Shown in pieces: positions 57,511-64,000 of a stretch of DNA of 64,000 nt. This DNA comes from an uncultured Acholeplasmatales bacterium. Lineage in GTDB: Bacteria; Bacillota_I; Bacilli_A; Acholeplasmatales; Anaeroplasmataceae. Where the stretch lies: assembly GCA_944324705.1 (NCBI GenBank), contig CALUXI010000005.1, forward strand, positions 7,288 through 71,287, written 5' to 3'. A program made the translations under genes and the position numbers. The notes under the pieces were generated by a model. It did no database searches and was not told where the DNA came from. It was given only the letters and a program-made list of their open reading frames with translations. Position 1 is the stretch's first letter; each line of letters begins with the position of its first letter.

Positions 57511-59597
57511 TACTTAATCTTAATAATTGCCGGATGATTAGCCAAAATAGTCTTAATGCCATAAGGAACAGGAAAGGCTACTTTAATAAATTTACCATCA
57601 ACACTTACAACTAAACCATCTCCAAATACTTTATGATTAACTTTATCTCCTACTTGGAAAATATTGCCTATTTCAACTTTAGGTTTAGAAATTTCCTTTG
57701 GTTTAATAACTAATGGTTTTACCTTAGGTGTATGGATTAACTCCATTTCGTTTATAAATCTAGATGGTGTATGATGTTCCTCTCTTCCATACATCAATCT
57801 AACATTAGCCGCACTTAAATATAACCTTTCGCAAGCCCTAGTAATTCCAACATAACAAATTCTTCTTTCTTCTTCTAAATCACTTGGAGAATAGGCATTT
57901 ACACTTGGGAAAATTCCTTCTTCTAAAGCAACCATAAAGACAACTTTAAACTCTAGGCCTTTAGCTTGATGGAAAGTCATTAATTTAACTACATTATCAT
58001 CATCATTTTTATTATCCGTATCTGTCCTTAAACTTAAATCTTGTAATAAACTAGCTAAAATATTAACATTATCTCCTTCATAAGTATCACGCGCTTCATT
58101 TAAAACTGATTTAAATTCATTAAGGTTTTCAATTCTTTCTTCCTCTTCATTACTTTTTAAATACTCTAAATAATTAGTCTTATCAACTAATAAATCAAAA
58201 TAATCATTCAATTCATAATTTAAAATATTATCTTTTAAGAAATTAATTAATTCATAAAACTTATTTAAATTACTATTATTTACTAAAGGTATAGCCTCAA
58301 ATAAAGACAAATTATTATCACTTGCTAATTTATCTAATTTTTCTAATGTAGTAGTTCCTATTTTTCTTTTAGGTTCATTAACAATTCTTAAAAAAGATAA
58401 ATTATCATTATTATTTAAAATAAGTCTTAAATAGGCAACAACATCTTTTATTTCTTTTCGACTAAAAAAAGACATACCACCATAAATGACATATGGTATT
58501 TTATTCTTAACAAAAACATCTTCAAAATTACGAGAAATATAATTAGCCCTATATAATACAGCAAAATCTTTGTATGAATAACCTTTATTTAATAATTCTT
58601 TAATCTTTTCTAAAACAAATATTACTTCTTCATATGAATTAACGGCTTTAAAATAATAAGGCTTAATAGAATCTACTCTATCAGTAAATAAATTCTTCTC
58701 AACCCTTGATGAATTATGTTTTATAACTTTGTTAGCTAAATCCAAAATTGCTTTAGTTGAGCGATAATTCTCTTCTAATAAAATTAATTTAGTAAGTGGA
58801 AAAACTTCTCTAAATCTTCTAATATTAGTAACTAATGCCCCTCTAAAAGAATATATTGATTGATCTTCATCACCAACAACAAAAATATTTTGATATCGTG
58901 CAGCTAACAAAGAAATTAATTCAAATTGAACTTTATTAGTATCTTGAAATTCATCTACTAAAATATAATTGAACTTATCTTGATATTTAGTTAATATTTC
59001 TGGATTATTCTTGATAACTTCTACTGTTTTTAATAATAAATCATCAAAATCAAAAGCATTATTTAAAGCTAAATATTCTTGATACTTATTATAAACTGAC
59101 TCTAAAAGCCTTTCTTTAAAAGGATCACTTAATTTAAAATCCGGGAAATTTTTCATCTGACTAATTAAATTTTTGAAATAATTAGGCTTAATATCATCAT
59201 CTAAATTTAATTCTTTAACAATTTTTTTAATAATTTTTAAAGTATCTTCATCATCTAAAATTTGGAAATTTGAAGTATACATGCCACCTAAATATTTAGC
59301 TTCAACTCTTAATAATCTTGTACAAAAACTATGAAATGTCGAAACCCACATAAATTTAGTATCAATACCTAATAAATCTGTGATTCTTTCCTTCATTTCT
59401 CTAGCTGCTTTATTAGTAAAAGTCACTGCTAAAATACTATATGGATTAACTCCTAAATCATTAATTAAATACGCAATACGTCTAGTTAAAACTCTTGTTT
59501 TCCCTGAACCAGCTCCAGCCATAACCATAACTGGGCCTTCAGTTGTTAAGACAGCTTCTTTTTGTTTTTCATTTAATCCACTTAATAAATCAGCCAT
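57510..59597 (-). CDS. pcrA: ATP-dependent DNA helicase PcrA/UvrD
   Basis: AGAGSGKTRVL Walker A and the conserved SF1 helicase motifs. Confidence 0.9.
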   Translation of the reverse strand: MADLLSGLNEKQKEAVLTTEGPVMVMAGAGSGKTRVLTRRIAYLINDLGVNPYSILAVTFTNKAAREMKERITDLLGIDTKFMWVSTFHSFCTRLLRVEAKYLGGMYTSNFQILDDEDTLKIIKKIVKELNLDDDIKPNYFKNLISQMKNFPDFKLSDPFKERLLESVYNKYQEYLALNNAFDFDDLLLKTVEVIKNNPEILTKYQDKFNYILVDEFQDTNKVQFELISLLAARYQNIFVVGDEDQSIYSFRGALVTNIRRFREVFPLTKLILLEENYRSTKAILDLANKVIKHNSSRVEKNLFTDRVDSIKPYYFKAVNSYEEVIFVLEKIKELLNKGYSYKDFAVLYRANYISRNFEDVFVKNKIPYVIYGGMSFFSRKEIKDVVAYLRLILNNNDNLSFLRIVNEPKRKIGTTTLEKLDKLASDNNLSLFEAIPLVNNSNLNKFYELINFLKDNILNYELNDYFDLLVDKTNYLEYLKSNEEEERIENLNEFKSVLNEARDTYEGDNVNILASLLQDLSLRTDTDNKNDDDNVVKLMTFHQAKGLEFKVVFMVALEEGIFPSVNAYSPSDLEEERRICYVGITRACERLYLSAANVRLMYGREEHHTPSRFINEMELIHTPKVKPLVIKPKEISKPKVEIGNIFQVGDKVNHKVFGDGLVVSVDGKFIKVAFPVPYGIKTILANHPAIIKIK

Positions 59598-59598
59598 C

Positions 59599-61170
59599 TT
59601 ATTCTCCTATAAATTCTTCATAAGTTGTATATTTGTCAATTATTTTTCCATCATTTGTAAACGCAATAATTCGATTAGCTACCGTTTCTAATAATTCAGC
59701 ATCATGACTTGAAAATATTATATTTCCTTTATAAGCTGTCAATCCATTATTTAGGGCTGTAATAGATTCAAGATCTAAATGGTTTGTCGGATCCTCTAAT
59801 AGTAATACATTAGGTCCTTCAAGCATTAATTTAGCTAAATTACATCTAATCTTTTCGCCACCCGATAAAACATTTGCTTTTTTTAAACTCTCTTCCCCAC
59901 TAAACAACATTCTTCCAAGCCATCCTCTTATAAATGTTTCGGCTTGTTCTTCTTTTGAATATTGTCTTAACCAATCTATTAAATTTAAATCATTATCAAA
60001 AAGTTCTTTATTATCTTGTAATAAACTACCTACTTGAGTTGTAACTCCCCATTTAAATGAACCAGTATAATCTTTATCCTTACCTAATAAAATATTGAAT
60101 AAAGCTTCAATAATTTGAGAATTTTCAGCTAACAAAGCAATCTTATCATTTTTATTTACACTAAATGTTAAATTTTCAAACAAACCCGGTTTAGATAATT
60201 TTTCAACAAATAATATATCATTACCAACTTCCCTATTAGGTTTAAAACCAACAAATGGATAACGACGACTTGAAGGTTCTAAAGTATTAAGTTCGATCTT
60301 ATCTAATAATTTTTTCCTTGATGTGGCTTGTCTTGATTTAGATTTATTCGCACTAAAACGTTCAATAAAAGCTTTTAATTCTTTTATTTTTTGTTCAGCC
60401 TTTTTATTTTGATCTTTCATTTGGCTAAGTAATAATTGGCTTGATTCATACCAAAATTCATAATTACCTACATATAGTTTAATCTTACCATAATCTACAT
60501 CACAAATATGTGTACAAACATTATTTAAAAAATGACGATCATGAGATACTACTAATACAGTATTAGGAAAATTAAGTAAAAAATTTTCAAGCCATCTTAC
60601 TGCTTTATAATCTAAGTTATTAGTAGGTTCATCTAAAAGTAAAACATCAGGATTACCAAACAAAGCTTGAGCTAGCAAAACCTTCACTTTAACTTTAGCA
60701 TCTAAATCTTTCATTAAAGAATAAAACATATCACTAGGCACACCAAGTCCGGCAAGTAAAGTTTCTGCGTCACTTTCAGCTTCCCAACCACCCAGACTAG
60801 CAAATTCACCTTCCAGTTCAGCTAAAATAAGTCCATCTTCATCTGTAAAGTTTTCCTTTGTGTAATACTTTTCTTTTTCATTTTTGATACGCATTAATTC
60901 TTTATGTCCCATTAAAACTGTATCAATAACATTATATTCATTATATTTATTTTGATCTTGAGCTAAAATAGACATTCTTTCTTTAGGATCTAAATATACT
61001 TCCCCATTAGTTGGTTCTATTTCATGAGCTAATAATTTTAAAAAAGTTGATTTACCTGCCCCATTAGCCCCAATTATTCCATAACAATTACCATTTGTAA
61101 ACTTTAAATTAACATCTTTAAATAAAGTACGACTACCATATTGTAAACCTAAATTAACTACTTGTAACAT
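59599..61170 (-). CDS. ABC-F family ATPase (two ABC domains, no TM)
   Basis: GANGAGKST, two LSGGE signatures, and an interdomain linker. Confidence 0.85.
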   Translation of the reverse strand: MLQVVNLGLQYGSRTLFKDVNLKFTNGNCYGIIGANGAGKSTFLKLLAHEIEPTNGEVYLDPKERMSILAQDQNKYNEYNVIDTVLMGHKELMRIKNEKEKYYTKENFTDEDGLILAELEGEFASLGGWEAESDAETLLAGLGVPSDMFYSLMKDLDAKVKVKVLLAQALFGNPDVLLLDEPTNNLDYKAVRWLENFLLNFPNTVLVVSHDRHFLNNVCTHICDVDYGKIKLYVGNYEFWYESSQLLLSQMKDQNKKAEQKIKELKAFIERFSANKSKSRQATSRKKLLDKIELNTLEPSSRRYPFVGFKPNREVGNDILFVEKLSKPGLFENLTFSVNKNDKIALLAENSQIIEALFNILLGKDKDYTGSFKWGVTTQVGSLLQDNKELFDNDLNLIDWLRQYSKEEQAETFIRGWLGRMLFSGEESLKKANVLSGGEKIRCNLAKLMLEGPNVLLLEDPTNHLDLESITALNNGLTAYKGNIIFSSHDAELLETVANRIIAFTNDGKIIDKYTTYEEFIGE

Positions 61171-61277
61171 AATATCTTATCTCCTTTAAAATCTCAAAAA
61201 TTATATCATAAAGATAATATATAAACAACTTGATTTATCTATTAAATTGTAATAAAATTACCATAGAGGTTGATAAG

Positions 61278-62690
61278 ATGAATATTAAAGCTAGAATAAT
61301 AGATAATACGAAATTAGAATTACTTGAAGATGCTAAAAAAGGAGATATTATTGATTTAAAAGAGTTAGTTGATATAGATTTAAGTTTCTTAAATAAAAAG
61401 ATAGAAAATGAAGCTACTTCTTTATATCAAAAGAACTTAAATGAACAATTTGATTTAAAGGAAAAAGAAATATTATCTCAAAAACAACAAGAATTAACTG
61501 ATTTAAAAAATGAGAAAGATAAAGAAATCACTAATTTAAAAAATCAAATTGAGAAAATTAAACAAGAAATAACTAGTGAGTATAATCTTAAACTTAAAGA
61601 TTTAGAAAATAAAATAAATAATAAAGATGTCGAACGAAATAATGCTTTAAATGAATTAAATCTAAAGAATCAAAATCTAATTAATGAACTTAAAGCTAAA
61701 CATGACGCTGAAATTTTAAAACTTCAAAATCAAATTAGTACTAAAGATTTAGAAAAACAAAATGAAATTGACAAGATAAAAAATCAAGCTAAAGAAGACT
61801 TGCAAGCTAAGAATACAGAAATTCAAAATCTAAATAATGAACATAATTTAAACTTATTAAAACTAGAAAGTGAACATAAAGAAGTTACTTCTTCTTTAGA
61901 AGCAGAAATTAATAATTTAAAATTGCAAAAATCAGCTCTTAATGTTAAAAAGCTTGGTGAAGAGTTAGAACGTTGGTGTGATGAAGAATACAAAAATTAT
62001 GCTTTAATGGGATTTAAAAACTGTACATGGGAAAAAGACAATACTTCTATTAAAGATGAAGATGATAAAAAAGGTACTAAAGCTGATTATATCTTTAAAG
62101 TATTCTTAGATGATAAATTAGATACTGTTTTAGCTAGTGTTTGTTGTGAAATGAAAAATGAAGATCCTAACAGTACCAACAAAAAGAAAAATAGTGATCA
62201 CTATGCTAAATTAGATAAAGATAGAATCAAAAAAGGTTGTGAATACGCCCTTTTAGTTTCTGAGTTAGAGTGGGACACAGCTAATGATGCCCCTATTAAA
62301 TTAGTTTCTGGCTATGATAAAATGTATTTAGTAAGACCACCTTATTTCATTGCATTTTTAGCTATAATATTTAGTTTAGCTGAAAAATATAGAAATATAT
62401 TATTAGCCAAAAACAAGGAAAACATAACTTTAAAAGATAAACAAGCATTAATTGAAGAGTTTGATTCATTAATCAAAACTTATTTAAATAATCCAATTGA
62501 TTCATTAAATAAAAGAATTGAAGATATCTTAGCAAGTAGTGAAGCTATAACTAAAGCTAATCAAAAGATTAAAGATATTTGTAATGAAATAATTAATAAA
62601 ACAATTAATACAATTAAAGAAAAAATTAATACTTTAGAAATAAAAAAATTACCTAGTTTATATAAAAAACTAGATAAAGTAAATGATTAA
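61278..62690 (+). CDS. DUF2130-family protein (coiled-coil plus PD-(D/E)xK-like C-terminal domain)
   Basis: C-terminal ..KADYIFKV..CCEMKNE..AKLDKDRIKKGCEYALLVSELE..MYLVRP.. matches my recollection of DUF2130. ATG at 61278 follows GAGGT. Confidence 0.65.
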   Translation: MNIKARIIDNTKLELLEDAKKGDIIDLKELVDIDLSFLNKKIENEATSLYQKNLNEQFDLKEKEILSQKQQELTDLKNEKDKEITNLKNQIEKIKQEITSEYNLKLKDLENKINNKDVERNNALNELNLKNQNLINELKAKHDAEILKLQNQISTKDLEKQNEIDKIKNQAKEDLQAKNTEIQNLNNEHNLNLLKLESEHKEVTSSLEAEINNLKLQKSALNVKKLGEELERWCDEEYKNYALMGFKNCTWEKDNTSIKDEDDKKGTKADYIFKVFLDDKLDTVLASVCCEMKNEDPNSTNKKKNSDHYAKLDKDRIKKGCEYALLVSELEWDTANDAPIKLVSGYDKMYLVRPPYFIAFLAIIFSLAEKYRNILLAKNKENITLKDKQALIEEFDSLIKTYLNNPIDSLNKRIEDILASSEAITKANQKIKDICNEIINKTINTIKEKINTLEIKKLPSLYKKLDKVND

Positions 62691-62707
62691 AGTCAAATTG
62701 AAATAGT

Positions 62708-62759
62708 AAGATGTTCGTAGACACAAAAAAGCTATTAGTGTTTATAAACATCTTTTTTT
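62708..62759 (+). terminator. probable terminator after the DUF2130 gene
   Basis: AAGATGTT...AACATCTT outer stem with an inner TAGACAC/GTGTTTA stem, followed by T6. Confidence 0.4.
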
Positions 62760-63566
62760 ATAATAATTATATACTTCTTCCAAGGAAGAATCGTGGTGTT
62801 GAAAATATGGTAAGACGTAAAGGTAGAACAAATAAAACATGGCCTGCTGGTAAAAAATAGTTATTAAACCTATAGAAGGGCTTATTTCTACTAACCAAAG
62901 AGCAAAAATTTCAGGATTGGGCTATATGAATTGTTATAAATCGGTTCATAAAATACAACAATAATGGACATTTAGCATATCCATTAAATTATAAAAGCTC
63001 AATACAGTATAGTACTGAGCTATCATACAATTAACTTTTTTTGTGCCCAAGAACTATTAAATAGTTCACTTAATATAACTTATCCAACATTTTCACATAT
63101 TATTTTAATATTCGAATCAATTATCAAAAAAATTGTTTTTATTTTTTCCATTATATTCTCTTCTTTTTAAAATAACTGAATCTAAATAATGATTTAGATT
63201 TAATGGTGCCCCTGCTTTTAATAAATCCTTTAATAGTCTATTACATTCTTTTTTTGTTCAAGCATAACTTCTTTGATAAATAGGTATTTGTTATTGTATA
63301 GTTCTTTGTAATAGTCCAAAAAAATGCTTTCTTAAAGTTTCATTAAACCTTCCTCATTTGTACCTATTCAACTTTTTTTAATTTTATTTTTAGAAACTAT
63401 ATTTTCAATTAGATAAAAAAGTACTTAATAATTTTTATTACTATTTAAGCAATCTGTAATTTCATATCAACAACACAATATGTTTTTAGATTTCAAGATT
63501 TATCTTCTTGCAAGTTTTTATTTATTCTAATTTTTCTAATTCATATAATACTTCATCTTTCTACAC

Positions 63567-64000
63567 TTTTTATTGACATTTGTATTAGCAAACCACGCAA
63601 ACAAACACCTATAATGAAATTAAGACCTTGTTGTTAGTTAAACATTTGTATTAGCAAACCACGCAAACCATAACCGGAACAGCTGGCGTTAACATTCGTT
63701 AGTTAAACATTTGTATTAGCAAACCACGCAAACCTAACGTTATTATGGCGCATATTAATAGTAGTTAGTTAAACATTTGTATTAGCAAACCACGCAAACG
63801 GTAAATGGGTACGTGCCGAAGGTATTATGTTAGTTAAACATTTGTATTAGCAAACCACGCAAACACCAAGCGTATTTCTAATAAATTCACAGGCGTTAGT
63901 TAAACATTTGTATTAGCAAACCACGCAAACCATAAATTCACCAACAGCACCAGCTTGGCAGTTAGTTAAACATTTGTATTAGCAAACCACGCAAACTCTA
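63567..64000 (-). CRISPR. CRISPR array, type II-like (36-nt repeats, 29-30-nt spacers), truncated by the window end
   Basis: 7 repeats: 63567, 63633, 63698, 63764, 63829, 63895, 63961. Plus-strand consensus GTTAGTTAAACATTTGTATTAGCAAACCACGCAAAC. The first copy is degenerate in its outer 10 nt, so it is probably the terminal repeat of a minus-strand array (GTTTGCG...CTAAC). Confidence 0.9.

Noticed and set aside
59380-59691. 103-aa plus-strand ORF
   Set aside because: Antisense across the pcrA/ABC-F junction.
62691-63566. tracrRNA anti-repeat next to the array
   Set aside because: Scanned both strands for segments resembling ATTAGCAAACCACGCAAAC or its complement. The best candidates (e.g. GCTATTAGTGTTTATAAACA at 62741) match only about half the positions.
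63603-63960. Self-targeting spacers against the resident prophage
   Set aside because: No convincing match found by eye; the best was a 9-mer, CACCAACAG, at ~15345. A computational search is still needed.

Overview
Strongly AT-rich chromosome segment read with the standard genetic code: long housekeeping ORFs stay intact with TGA as a stop. The gene set looks like a low-GC Firmicutes/Mollicutes-like host (inference only). The window has four parts. (1) 1-4013: tRNA-Lys(CUU), bcp, a degenerate Fic-like gene and a cluster of decayed gene fragments. (2) 4014-38448: a ~34.4 kb temperate prophage inserted at the 3' end of tRNA-Ser(GCU), bounded by 86-bp direct repeats. From right to left it carries: integrase, a CI/ImmA lysogeny operon with an extra R-x4-H gene, and a divergent early operon with palindromic operators; a RecT/ATPase/MBL/replisome-organizer module; a sigma-like late regulator; a ParB-methyltransferase + MetK pair; a terminase-portal-MuF-capsid-tail module; and membrane proteins with no recognisable endolysin. 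(3) 38449-62690: housekeeping genes (tex, acpS, whiA, lgt-HAD fusion, hprK, uvrA, ligA, ABC transporter, ECF S component, nfo, pncB, pcrA, ABC-F, DUF2130). (4) 63567-64000: a type II-like CRISPR array (36-nt repeats, 29-30-nt spacers) cut by the window end. Most interesting observations: (a) an unannotated type I toxin-antitoxin-like cassette at the attL end, with a 34-aa hydrophobic peptide, convergent promoter-plus-terminator sRNA units and trans-pairing direct repeats. Its repeat motif patchily resembles the 5' half of the host CRISPR repeat. (b) A phage methyltransferase broken at a G7 tract, tightly linked to a phage-encoded SAM synthetase. (c) A MuF head protein with a C-terminal extension, followed by a 530-bp structured non-coding gap. 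(d) An R-x4-H (HEPN-like) gene in the lysogeny operon. (e) A late promoter with 10-bp-phased repeats followed by a leader terminator. Caveat: two frameshifts lie in homopolymers, so sequencing error must be excluded. All functional calls come from reading motifs by eye; no searches were run.
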